64,000 nt of DNA, taken from Yuukianura sp. NJ FZ-2021. Lineage: Eukaryota. The stretch covers positions 14,136,001-14,200,000 of the forward strand of contig CM102290.1 of assembly GCA_046563655.1 (NCBI GenBank), given 5' to 3'. Under the pieces are notes generated by a model. The model worked only from the letters and a program-made list of their open reading frames with translations. It was not told the DNA's origin and did not search any database. Positions 37,358 to 49,010 of this stretch are shown here, piece by piece; the first letter of the stretch is position 1, and each line of letters opens with the position of its first letter. Both the position numbers and the translations under genes were made by a program.

Positions 37358-38321
37358 ATGGCTGATAAAACGTCAGAGGTCACTGGAACTGGAAACAAAT
37401 ACAAATGTGACCAATGTCACAAGCACTTCAAAAGTGCAGCAAACCTACGTCAACATGCCGTAGTCCACTTGGATGTTCGGCCATTCAGTTGCTCCAGATG
37501 CCCAAAAACATTCAACTGGAAAGGTCAACTTACAATTCACATGCGCGGTCACACGCACGAGGGATTGGTTGAATGCAGTCACTGCAAAAACAAATTCAAA
37601 ACAAATTTTGAGCTCAACAAACACCTCATCATACACACAAAAGTAAGCAAATTCACATGCACAATCTGCAACTATGCTGCAGCATCACAAGGGCATTTGG
37701 ACAACCATGTTGCAACACACACAAATGAACGTCGTTTCCAATGCACGGAGTGCCACAAGAGATTTACAAGAGAGAGCCATCTGAAGATGCATCTGAGGAT
37801 CCACGCTGGAGACAAGCGATTCCAGTGCAACTTCTGCACTTATGCAGCCATAGAGAAGAAGTCTGGACATCCACATGCGACAACACACGAATGAGAAACC
37901 ATATGCATGTGTGTTGTGCACAGCCACATTCAAGTCACACAGTGTGTTGAGGTACCACATGGGGATCCACACTGGAGAGAAACCACACCCATGCAAGGAA
38001 TGTGGCAAGGAATTCAGAACTTCCACCACATTGAAGAATCATGTGAAGATGCATGCGGGAGTGAAGGACTTGGAGTGCACAGTGTGCCACAAGAAGTTCA
38101 GACAGGTAGCTCACCTCACTGCTCATGCGCTTGTCCATTCTAGAGAGAGGCCATTTGCATGTAAGTTCTGCAACAAAGACTTTTCCTGGAAGAATAGTTT
38201 GACCTGCCACCTTCGGATCCACTTGAATGAGAAGCCGTTTAGTTGTGGGAGTTGCCAGGCAGAGTTCAGATACAAACGCAATTTGTTGCGTCACCGGGAA
38301 CAATGCTGCGTCGACGCATAA
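37358..38321 (+). pseudogene. C2H2 ZNF array copy 9, frameshifted by a 2-bp deletion in finger 6
   Basis: Span is 964 bp versus 966 bp in intact copies. GAG AAG AAG T CTG GAC at about 37861 versus GAG AAG AAG ACT CTT GAC in copy 5. ORF is split into 37358-37894 and 37875-38321. Confidence 0.8.
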
Positions 38322-39758
38322 GCTACAAATTCTATCAACCAAATCACTTGTTAGTTTGTTAGTTACTGCTATAACGCAGTAGGTGAAGTTACATAACCTA
38401 CTTAATTTGTTGCACTAGTTTACCTAAGGTCTGGTAAGTCTGAATTCTGTATAATGCTAATAGGTAGTACTAACAATTAGCATTATATATAATAGTAGAT
38501 TATAATTATATAATTATATTATTATATATACTTTAATGCGATGCCTTGTCCTAAATAACCTGTTGCACCTCCCATTCATGAAAATAAGCAGCACATAACT
38601 TCCTTTCCGTTTTTCTGTTTCAATTTGATTTAGTTAAATTTGTTGTTTAGTAAATGTTGTTGTAGGAATAATTGGATTTAGCAGTTTTAGTCCACTGACG
38701 TCCGTCACTCAAGTATTCTCGTCCAATGTGTCTTTTGTTGGTCGTTGACCTCTGGACTTGAGTTTTTGAGCTTAAAATGTAAATAAAAGTTCGGTTTTCT
38801 TTGCATCAAAAGAAAATTACGTGTAGTTTCATGGTTTCAAATTATTTGAAATGCTTTAAATAATTTCCAAATTTTGCATTTCCATTGCCTCAAATTTCCG
38901 TTTTTGTGTCGCATTGTTTGAGTGTGCAGTAGTTAGAAATAAATTCAAACAAATCTAGGTTCAAAATTTGGAAATTTTATAAAGCGACGCAAAGTGTAGA
39001 ACTCATTTGCTCATAATTTCTGTTTCGAGTTAACTGACGTCGTGACTGAACGTCCAGTTCAAAATGTTAAATAAAAATTTACTAACTCTTTTAGCATCAA
39101 AAGGAATTATGAGTTGTTTTGTGGTTTCAAATTATTTCAAAAGATTTGACGCATCTCAAAATTTTACATTGCTGTTTTCTTTTTCGTGGGAGTAATTTTT
39201 TCATGTTTAGTTTACTAGCAATGCATGAGCTTGCATGAGACCAAGATTGTTAATTAACAAATTTCAATTTTCCGTTCCAAAAAGCTATGTGAAATGTAAA
39301 TGGATTGGAAGATATGAAAAATGAAATGCTCTGCAAATTTCAAATGAATTGGCAAATCTTGTGATTCGCGAGGTTACACGTTTTTATCAAAATTCTGAGT
39401 TTTTGGAAAATGTAAAATCCTGATTTTTTGTGATATTTTGTGACTGATGCCAGTTCAGTTTTCCTGGAAGATGAGCCTCCGTCCAGTCAGAGGCAGAGAA
39501 GCAGCAGAGCAGGAAAGACGTTTACTCTCGCAAGACAAGGTCAGAGGTCAAGGTCACACCACTGGAGGTCAAGTGGACATTCACTTCCGATTGACTGGAC
39601 ATCATCACCTCAGCTTTGGACACTTCATTGTTGGAGTAAGGAAAAAAGTGTTATTTTGTGCTGGAAGTATAATTTACTTCGAAGAATTTGGAAAAGAGTC
39701 ATAATGCTTTTGTTTTGTTCTCTATAGGTCCTACTAAAAAGAATCTGGTTGAGACAAA

Positions 39759-40811
39759 ATGGCTGACAAAAGGTCAGAGGTCACTGGAACAGGAAACAAG
39801 TATGAATGTGACCAATGTCACAAGCACTTCAAAAATGCAGCATACCTACGCCAGCATTCCGTAGTTCACTTGGATCTTCGACCATTCAGTTGCTCCGAAT
39901 GCCCCAAACGATTCAAATACAATCAGGATCTGAAGAGACACACCGCCATACACACAGGAGAAAGACCATTCCACTGCACAAGATGCACAAAAACATTCAT
40001 CCAGAAAAACCAACTTACAGTTCACATGAGAGGTCACACGTACGAGGGATTGGTAGAATGCAGTCACTGCAAACACAAATTCAAAACAAACTCTGAACTC
40101 AAGAAACATCTCATCATACACACAAAAGTAAGCAAATTCACATGCACAATCTGCAACTATGCTGCACAGTCACAGCTCAAATTGGACAACCATGTTGCCA
40201 CACACACAAATGAACGTCGTTTCCAGTGTACGGAGTGCCACAAGAGATTCACAACGGATAGCCATCTGAAGATGCATCTGAGGATCCACGCTGGAGACAA
40301 GCGATTCCAGTGCAACTTCTGCACTTATGCAGCCATACACAAGCAGACTCTTGACATCCACATGCGACAACACACGAATGAGAAACCATTTGCATGTGTG
40401 TTGTGCACAGCCACATTCAAGCAACAAAGTGTGTTGAAGTACCACATTGGGACCATCCACACTAGGGAGAAACCACACGCATGCAAGGAATGTGGCAAGG
40501 AATTCAGCGCCTCCACTCACTTGAAGAATCATGTGAAGATGCATGCGGGAGTGAAGGATTTCGAGTGCACAGTGTGCCACAAGAAGTTCAGACAGCAAGC
40601 TCACCTTACTGATCATGCGCGTGTCCATTCTGGAGAGAAGCCATTTGCATGTAAGTTCTGTGACAAAGCATTTGCACACAGGGGTACTTTGACCCGCCAC
40701 CTTCGCATCCACTTGAATGAGAAGCCGTTTAGTTGTGGGAGTTGCCAGGCAGAGTTCAGATACAAACGCAATTTGCTGCGTCACCGGGAACAATGCTGCG
40801 TCGACGCATAA
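39759..40811 (+). CDS. C2H2 ZNF array copy 10 (350 aa, 12 fingers)
   Basis: Extra finger CSECPKRFKYNQDLKRHTAIHTGERP after F1, plus a one-codon insertion (HIGTIH). Confidence 0.92.
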   Translation: MADKRSEVTGTGNKYECDQCHKHFKNAAYLRQHSVVHLDLRPFSCSECPKRFKYNQDLKRHTAIHTGERPFHCTRCTKTFIQKNQLTVHMRGHTYEGLVECSHCKHKFKTNSELKKHLIIHTKVSKFTCTICNYAAQSQLKLDNHVATHTNERRFQCTECHKRFTTDSHLKMHLRIHAGDKRFQCNFCTYAAIHKQTLDIHMRQHTNEKPFACVLCTATFKQQSVLKYHIGTIHTREKPHACKECGKEFSASTHLKNHVKMHAGVKDFECTVCHKKFRQQAHLTDHARVHSGEKPFACKFCDKAFAHRGTLTRHLRIHLNEKPFSCGSCQAEFRYKRNLLRHREQCCVDA

Positions 40812-40960
40812 CTTACAAATTCTGTCCAATCAAATCACTTGTTAGTTTGTTAGTTACTGCTATAACGCAGAAGGTAAAGTTACATAGCCTTAGGTTAATT
40901 TGTTCCACTAGCGTACCTAAGGTCTCTTAAGTCTTAAGTATAATAGTATATTAGTATATA

Positions 40961-41510
40961 CAGTGAGTGCCACGAAAACCTTTGTGCGCACTTTGCACTT
41001 TGTGCGCAGTTTGTGCGCAGTTTTTGCGCAGTTAGTGCGCAGTTAGTACGCAGTTGGTGCGCAGTGGGTGCGCAGTTTATGCGCACTCTGTGCGCAGTTT
41101 GTGCGCAGTTTATGCGTACTTTGTGCGCAGTTGGTGCGCAGTTTGTGCGCAGTTTGTGCGCACTTTGTGCGCAGTTGGTGCGCAGTTTCTGCGTACTTTG
41201 TGCGCAGTTTGTGCGCACAAGTCAGTTTTGCCAATCAGCGAATTTTTCTTCCTGTATGCTACATTTCTAATCGAAATATTGAACTTTCCTCTATTTCTCA
41301 TAGTAATCGCAAAATATAGAATATGGAGCATTCCATTCTATATTTTATATTCATATTCTATAAACTCTATAAAGTGAGTTGAAATTAACTCTCTAATATT
41401 TAGACACAGGATTTTGTTAGGTTGTTTTGTGTAACATCTTTCCCCCCAGATTTCGCAAAATAAACAAAATAATTACTGTGGAGGTGTGCAGGTTTTCGTG
41501 GCACTCACTG
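40961..41510. mobile_element. Tc1/mariner-type MITE (550 bp) with an internal 11-bp tandem repeat
   Basis: Perfect 21-bp TIRs CAGTGAGTGCCACGAAAACCT...AGGTTTTCGTGGCACTCACTG flanked by TA on both sides. Inserted into the TA-rich tract that is uninterrupted in other units. No transposase ORF. Confidence 0.9.
40981..41220. repeat. 11-bp tandem repeat (TTTGTGCGCAG), about 20 copies, inside the MITE
   Basis: Directly visible; it explains the repetitive spurious ORFs on both strands. Confidence 0.92.
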
Positions 41511-41760
41511 TATATATAATAGCATATTCGTATATAATAGTATATAATTATATATAATTATATTATTATACTTTAATGCTATTCCTGCTGTTCCACCTCC
41601 CGCTCATGAAAAGCAGCACATAACTTCTCTTCTGTTTTTCTGTTTCAATTTGAGTAGTTAATTTGTTGTTTAGTTAAAGTTGTTGTAGGAATAATTGAAT
41701 TTAGTAGTTTTAGTCCACTGACGTCCATCACTCAAATGTGCTCGTGTAGTTTGTGTTTTG

Positions 41761-41773
41761 AGGTCATTGACCT
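41761..41773. promoter_or_regulatory. Perfect IR1 nuclear-receptor palindrome AGGTCAtTGACCT (ecdysone-response-element consensus); representative of copies in most units
   Basis: Perfect matches start at 20924, 24517, 26644, 34087, 41761, 42037, 46204 and 51344. Versions with 1-2 mismatches start at 29128, 31971, 36580, 38739, 44146 and 48665. Function untested. Confidence 0.55.
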
Positions 41774-42805
41774 CTGAACAAATTCAAAATCCAGCGCAAA
41801 ATGTAAATAAAAGTTCAGTTTTCTTTGAATCTTAAGAAAATTATTATTATTATTTCAAACACTTTAAATAATTTCCAAATTCTTAATTTCTATTGCCTCA
41901 AATTTCTGTTTTTGTGTCGCAATGTTGCAATGTTCAGTATTAAAAAAAAATTCAAACAAATCTAGGTTCAAAATTTTAAAATTTGGGAAAATGACGTAAA
42001 GCGTAGAACTCATTTGCTCAAGTAATTTCTGTTTCAAGGTCAATGACCTCTAGTCTCAACTTCCAGTTCAAAATGTTAAAATAAAAATTGACTAACTCTA
42101 GCATCAAAATGAACTATGAGTTATTTTGTGATTTCAAATTATTTCAAAAGATTTGGCTCATGGTGATTTTATCTCAAAATTATACATTGCTGTTTTTTTC
42201 GTGGAAGTAATTTTTTCATGTTTAGTTACTACCAATGCATGAGTTTATAAGACTGAGTAAATCAAGAGAACAAGAATTTTAATTAACAAATTTCAATTTT
42301 CCGTTCCAAAAAGTTATGTGAAATGTGAATGGATTGGAAGATATGAAATGCTCTGCAAATGTGAAATCAATTGGCAAATCTTGTGATTCGCGAGGTTACA
42401 CGTTTTTATCAAAATTATGAGTTTTTGGCAAATGTAAAATCCTGATTCTTTGTGACTGATGCCATGTGAGTTTTCCTGGAAGATGAGCCTCCGTCCAGTC
42501 AGAGGCAGAGAAACACCAGAACAGGAAAGACGCTTCGAGTGTTACTCTCGGAAGACAAGGTCAGAGGTCAAGGTCACACCACTGGAGGTGAACGTCACAC
42601 CAGTAGAGGTCAACGTCACACCACTGGAAGTCAAGTGGACATTTAGACCAGATTGACTGGACATCAAGCTTTAGACACTTCATTGTTGGAGTAAGGAAAA
42701 AAATGTTATTTTGTGCTGCAAGTATAATTTACTTCGAAGAATATGGAAAAAGTCAATGCTTGTTTTGTTTTGATTAGGTACTAAACAGAACCTGGTTGAG
42801 ACAAA

Positions 42806-43771
42806 ATGGCAGACAAAAGGTCAGAGGTCACAGGAACTGGAAGCAAGTATGAATGCGACCAATGCCACAAACACTTCAAAAGTGCACAAACTCTACGTCA
42901 ACATTCCGTGCTCCACTTGGATTTTCGGCCATTCAGTTGTTCTAGATGTCCAAAAACATTCAACCAGAAAGGTCTGCTTACACGACACATGCGAGGACAC
43001 ACGTACGAGGGATTGGTTGAATGCAGTCACTGCAAAAACACATTCAAAACAAACTCAGACCTCAAGAAGCATCTCATCATACACACAAAAGTAAGCAAAT
43101 TCACATGCACAATCTGCAACTATGCTGCGCAGTCGCAGAGAGCGCTGGACGATCATGCTGCGACACACACAAATGAACGTCGATTCCAGTGTACGGAGTG
43201 TCACAAGAGATTCACAACAGAGAGCAGTCTGAAGATGCATCTGAGGATCCACGCTGGAGACAAGCGATTCCGGTGCAATATCTGCACTTATGCAGCCATA
43301 GAGAAGAGGACACTTGAAGTCCACATGCGGCAACACACGAATGAGAAACCATTTGCATGTGTGTGGTGCACAGCCACATTCAAGTCACACAGTGCTTTGA
43401 AGTACCACATGGGGATCCACACTGGAGAGAAACCACACCCATGCAAGGAATGTGGCAAGGAATTCAGCAGTTCCACTCACTTGAAGGATCATGTGAAGAT
43501 GCATGCGGGAGTAAAGGACTTCGAGTGCACAGTGTGCCACAAGACGTTTACACAGAAATCAACACTAACTACACATGCGCATGTCCATTCTGGAGAGAAG
43601 CCGTTTGCATGTAACTTCTGTGACAAAGCTTTTTCAGAGTTGGGTAATTTGACCCGCCACCTTCGAATCCACTTGAATGAGAAGCCGTTTAGTTGTGGGA
43701 GTTGCCAGGCAGAGTTCAGATACAAACGCAATTTGTTGCGTCACCAGGAAGAATGTTGCGTCGACGCATAA
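42806..43771 (+). CDS. C2H2 ZNF array copy 11 (321 aa)
   Basis: Intact 11-finger ORF ending CCVDA. Confidence 0.93.
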   Translation: MADKRSEVTGTGSKYECDQCHKHFKSAQTLRQHSVLHLDFRPFSCSRCPKTFNQKGLLTRHMRGHTYEGLVECSHCKNTFKTNSDLKKHLIIHTKVSKFTCTICNYAAQSQRALDDHAATHTNERRFQCTECHKRFTTESSLKMHLRIHAGDKRFRCNICTYAAIEKRTLEVHMRQHTNEKPFACVWCTATFKSHSALKYHMGIHTGEKPHPCKECGKEFSSSTHLKDHVKMHAGVKDFECTVCHKTFTQKSTLTTHAHVHSGEKPFACNFCDKAFSELGNLTRHLRIHLNEKPFSCGSCQAEFRYKRNLLRHQEECCVDA

Positions 43772-44901
43772 GTTACAAATTCTGTCTAACCAAATCACTT
43801 GTTAGTTTGTTAGTTACTGGTATGACGCAGTAGGTAAAGTTAGGTAACCAAGGCTATTTTGTTGCACTAGCTTACCTAAGGTCTGGTTAGTCTCAAGTAT
43901 AAAAGTAATAGTATATTAGTTTATATATAATAGTATATGATTATATAATATATGATTATACTTTAATTCCTTCTGTTGCACCTCCCACTCATGAAAAGCA
44001 GCATATAACTTCCCCTCCATTTTTTTGTTTCACCTTGAGTAGTTAAATTGTTGTTTAGTTAATGTTGTTTTAGGAATAATTGAATTTAGTAGTTTTAGTC
44101 CACTGACATCCATCACTCAAGTATTCTTGTGTAATTTCTGTTTTGAGGTCATTGGTCTCTGGACAAATTCAAAATCCAGATCAAAATGGTAAATAAAAAT
44201 TTACTAAGTCTTTAGCATCAAAAGGAATTATGAGTATTTTTGTGGTTTCAAACTATTTCAAAGGATTTGACTCATCACAAAATTTTACATTGCTGTTTTT
44301 TTTTTCGTGGAAGTAATTTTTTTCATGTTTAGTTACTAGCAATGCATGAGTTTATAAGACTGGGTAAATCAAGAGAACAAGAATTTTAATTTACAAATTT
44401 CAATTTTCCACTCCAAAAAGTTAGGTGCAATGTGAATGGATTGGATTGGAAGATGTGAAATGCTCTGCAAATGACAAATCAAATCTTGTGATTCGCTTGG
44501 TTATGCGTTGTTATCAAAATTCTGAGTTTTTGGAAAATGTAAAATTTTCTGATTTTTTGTGACTGCTGCCATGTCAGTTTTCCTGGAAGATGAGCCTCCG
44601 TCCAGTCAGAGACAGAGTAGCAGCGGAGCAGAAAAGACGTTTCCAGTGTCACTCTCGCAAGACAACGTCAGAGGTCAAGGTCACGCCACAGGAGGTCAAA
44701 GGTCAAGCTCACACCACTGGAGGTCAAGTGTACATTCAGTTTCGATTGACCGGACAACGAGTTTTGGACACTTCATTGTTGGAGTAAGGAAAAGAAATTG
44801 TTGTTTTGTGCTGGAAGTATAATTTACTTCCAAGAATATGAAGGAGTTCATAATGCTAGTTTTGTATTACTTAGGAGCTAAAAGAACCTGGTTGAGGCAA
44901 A

Positions 44902-45867
44902 ATGGCTGACCAAAGGTCAGAGGTCACTGCAACTGGAAAGAAGCACGAATGCAACCAATGTCACAAACAGTTCACAAGTGCAGCAAACCTACGAAAGCAT
45001 TCTGTACTGCACATGGATATTCGACCATTCAGTTGCTCTAGATGCCCAAAAACATTCAACCAGAAAACTCATCTTACACGACACATGAGAGGTCACACCC
45101 AGCAGGGATTGGTAGAATGCAGTTACTGCAAAAACAAATTCAAATCAAATGGAGAACTCAAACAACACCTCATCATACACACAAATGTAAGCAAATACAC
45201 ATGCACAATCTGCAACTACGCTGCAGCATCACAAAGGCATTTGGACAACCATGTTGCAACACACACAAAGGAACGTCGTTTCCAGTGCACGGAGTGCCAC
45301 AAGAGATTCACGGAAGAGGGCAGTCTGAAGATGCATCTGAGAATCCACGCTGGAGACAAGCGATTCCAGTGCAACTGCTGCACTTATGCAACCATACACA
45401 AGCAGACTCTGGACATCCACATGCGACAACACACGAATGAGAAACCATTTGCATGTGTGTTGTGCACAGCCACATTTATGCAGCAAAGTGCATTGAAGTA
45501 CCACATGGGGATCCACACTAGAGAGAAACCATACCCATGCAAGGAATGTGGCAAGGAATTCAGAACTTCTACCACATTGAAGAATCATGTGAAGATGCAT
45601 GCGGGAGTGAAGGACTTGGAGTGCACAGTGTGCCACAAGAAGTTCAGGGAAAAATCAACCCTCACTAAACATGCGCGTGTCCATTCTGGAGAGAGGCCAT
45701 TTGAATGTAAGTTCTGTGACAAAGCTTTTTCAGAGTTGGGTACTTTGAGCATCCACCTTCGCATCCACTTGAATGAGAAGCCGTTTAGTTGTGGGAGTTG
45801 CCAGGCAGAGTTCAGATACAAACGCAATTTGTTGCGTCACCGGGAACAATGCTGCGTCGACGCATAA
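44902..45867 (+). CDS. C2H2 ZNF array copy 12 (321 aa)
   Basis: Intact 11-finger ORF ending CCVDA. Confidence 0.93.
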   Translation: MADQRSEVTATGKKHECNQCHKQFTSAANLRKHSVLHMDIRPFSCSRCPKTFNQKTHLTRHMRGHTQQGLVECSYCKNKFKSNGELKQHLIIHTNVSKYTCTICNYAAASQRHLDNHVATHTKERRFQCTECHKRFTEEGSLKMHLRIHAGDKRFQCNCCTYATIHKQTLDIHMRQHTNEKPFACVLCTATFMQQSALKYHMGIHTREKPYPCKECGKEFRTSTTLKNHVKMHAGVKDLECTVCHKKFREKSTLTKHARVHSGERPFECKFCDKAFSELGTLSIHLRIHLNEKPFSCGSCQAEFRYKRNLLRHREQCCVDA

Positions 45868-47225
45868 GTTACAAATTCTGTCCAACCAAATCACTTGTTA
45901 GTTTGTTAGTTACTGCTATAACGCAGTATATGTAAAGTTACGTAACCTAGGTTTATTTGTTGCACTAGTTTACTTATTAAGGTGTGCTAAGTCTGTATAA
46001 AAGGCTAATTGTAGAACTGCGATTCCTTCTGTTGCACCTCCCACTCCTGAAAAGCAGCAGATAACTTTTCCCCTCTGTTTTTCTGTTTCAATTTGATTAG
46101 TTCATTTGTTGTTTAGCCAATGTTGTTGTAGGAATAATTGAACTTAGTAGTTTTAGTCCACGGACATCCATCACTCAAGTATTTCCGTGTAATTTGTATT
46201 TTGAGGTCATTGACCTCTGGACAAATTCAAATTCTAGTTCAAAATGTAAATAAAAGTTCACTTTTCTTTGCATCATAAGAAAATTATTTGGAGTTTCAAT
46301 GGTTTCATATTATTTTCCAACACTTTAAATAATTTCAATTTTCAGTTTCTATTGCCTCAAATTTCTGTTTTTGTGCCGCAATGTTGCGATGTTCAGTGTT
46401 TAAAAAAAATCAAACAAATCTAGGTTCAAAATTTTGAAATTTTAGAAAGCGACGTAAAGTGTAGAACTCATTTGCTCAAGTAATTTCAGTTTGGAGGTCA
46501 ATCACGTCGGGAATGAACGTCCAGTTCAAAATGTTAAATAAAAATTTACTATAAGTCTTTTAGCATCAACAGGAATCATGAGTTGTGTGGTTTCAAATTA
46601 TTTCAAAAGATTCAAAAGACTCATCTCAAAATTTTACATTTCTGTTTTTTTTTCGTGAAAGTAATTTTTTCATCTTCAGTTACTAGCAATGGATGAGCTT
46701 ATAAGACCGAGTAAATCAAAGAGAACAAAAATTTTAATTAACAGATTTCAGTTTTCCGTTCCAAAAAGTTATGTGAAATGTGAATGGATTGGAAGATGGG
46801 AAATGCTCTGCAAATGTGAAATCAATTGGCAAATCTTGTGATTCGCGAGGTTACACGTTTTCAAAATGGGTGTTTGGAAGCTGTAAAATGCTGATTTTTT
46901 GTAAACTTTTTGGACTGATGCCATGTCAGTGCCTCCGTCCAGTCTCAGAGGCAGAGAAGCACCAGAGCAGGAAAGACGTTTCCAGTGTTACTTTCGGAAG
47001 ACAAGGTCAGAGGTCACACGCAGCAAGAGGTCAAGTTTACATTTAGCCACGATTGACTGGACATCAGCTCAGCTTTGGACACTTTACTGTTGGAGTCAGG
47101 AAATTGGTAAGGAAAACACGAAACACTTTGTACTGGAAGTGAAAATTACTACGAAAAAGTCCAGAAATAAAGCACAATGGTTGTTTTGTGTTGCTTAGGT
47201 ACTAAAAGAACCTGGTTGGGACGAA

Positions 47226-48191
47226 ATGGCTGACAAAAGGTCAGAGGTCACTGGAACTGGAAACAAATACGAATGCGATCAATGTCACAAAAACTTCAAA
47301 AGTGCAGCAAGCCTACGAAAGCATTCCGTGGTCCACCTGGATGTTCGACCATTCAGTTGTTCTAGATGTCCAAAAACATTCAACCAGAGTTACCAGCTCA
47401 CAGTTCACATGCGCGGTCACACGCACGAGGGATTGGTGGAATGCAGTCACTGCAAAAACAAATTCAAAACAAACTCAGCACTCAAACAACACCTCATCCA
47501 ACACACAAAAGTAAGCAAATTCACATGCACAATCTGCAACTATGCTGCACACTCACAGAGGAGGTTGGACGACCATATTGCAACACACTCAAATGAACGT
47601 CGTTTCCAGTGCACGGAGTGCCACAAGAGATTTACAACGGATAGCGATCTGAAGAGGCATGAGAGGATCCACGCAGGAGACAAGCAATTCCAGTGCACCT
47701 TCTGCACTTATGCAACCATACACAAGCAGAGTTTGGGCATCCACATGCGACAACACACGAATGAGAAACCATTTCCATGTGTGTTGTGCACAGCCACCTT
47801 TATGCAGCAAAGTGTGTTGAAGTACCACATGGGGATCCACACTGGTGAGAAACCACACCCATGCAAGGAATGCGGCAAGGAATTCAGCAGTTCCACTGGA
47901 TTGAAGTATCATGTGAAGATGCATGCGGGAGTGAAGGATTTCGAGTGCACAGTGTGTCACAAGAAGTTCACACAGAAATCAAACCTCACTGCTCATGCGC
48001 GTGTCCATTCTAAAGAGAGGCCATTTGAATGTAAGTTCTGTGACAAAGCTTTTTCAGAGTTGGGTACTTTGAGCATCCACCTTCGCATCCACTTGAATGA
48101 GAAGCCGTTTAGTTGTGGGAGTTGCCAGGCAGAGTTCAGATACAAACGCAATTTGTTGCGTCACCGGGAACAATGCTGCGTCGACGCATAA
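47226..48191 (+). CDS. C2H2 ZNF array copy 13 (321 aa)
   Basis: Intact 11-finger ORF ending CCVDA. Confidence 0.93.
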   Translation: MADKRSEVTGTGNKYECDQCHKNFKSAASLRKHSVVHLDVRPFSCSRCPKTFNQSYQLTVHMRGHTHEGLVECSHCKNKFKTNSALKQHLIQHTKVSKFTCTICNYAAHSQRRLDDHIATHSNERRFQCTECHKRFTTDSDLKRHERIHAGDKQFQCTFCTYATIHKQSLGIHMRQHTNEKPFPCVLCTATFMQQSVLKYHMGIHTGEKPHPCKECGKEFSSSTGLKYHVKMHAGVKDFECTVCHKKFTQKSNLTAHARVHSKERPFECKFCDKAFSELGTLSIHLRIHLNEKPFSCGSCQAEFRYKRNLLRHREQCCVDA

Positions 48192-48680
48192 GTTACAAAT
48201 TCTGTCCAATCAAATCACTTGTTTGTTAGTTTCTGCTATAACGCAGTAGGTGAAGTTACATAACCTACATAGTTTAATTTGTTGCACTAGTTTACCTAAA
48301 GTCTGGTAAGTCTGAATTCTGTATAATGCTAATTAGTACTAACAATTAGCATTATATATAATAGTATCTATATTATAATTATATATACTTATATTGTTAT
48401 ATATACTTATATTATTATATATACTTATATTATTATATATACTTATATTATTATATATACTTTAATGCGATTCCTTGTACTAAATAACCTGTTGCACCTC
48501 CCACTCATGAAAATAAGCAGCACATAATCCCTTCCGTTTTTCTGTTTCAATTTGATTTAGTTAAATTTGTTGTTTAGTAAATGTTGTTGTAGGAATAATT
48601 GGATTTAGTAGTTTTAGTCCCTTAAAGTTCATCACTCAAGTATTCTCGTGCAGTTTGACTTTTGTGGTCATCGACCTCTG

Positions 48681-49010
48681 CAGGGAGGAAAACCTCATGG
48701 ATCTTTGAGGGGGTGGTCGCCGAGATTGGCAGGGGGTGGGTGGGGGGAGGGGTACTTGGCACCCTGAAAAGTGCACGAAATGCTTAGTTTTTAGAAATAA
48801 AAACGCAGTTTGGAGGCGGATTTCGGCTTAAAAGCGATGTATTTGAGCCAAAAACGCAATAAAATTTAGATTTTTAGTTACCGAACCGCCATTTCGCGCT
48901 AGTTTTTGTAGGAATTTTAACAAAAACGTTGTCAAGGGGGTGGGTGGTCCAGGCGCTTCGCGCCTGGATGGGTGAAACACCCATAGCTCCATACGGGGTT
49001 TTCCTCCCTG
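48681..49010. mobile_element. hAT-type MITE (330 bp)
   Basis: 14-bp perfect TIRs CAGGGAGGAAAACC...GGTTTTCCTCCCTG; 8-bp TSD GACCTCTG at 48673-48680 and 49011-49018; absent from paralogous spacers. Confidence 0.92.

Noticed and set aside
40934..41377. Repetitive ORFs (LRTNCAQSAHK / VRSLCAVCAQF)
   Set aside because: Translations of the 11-bp tandem repeat within a MITE.
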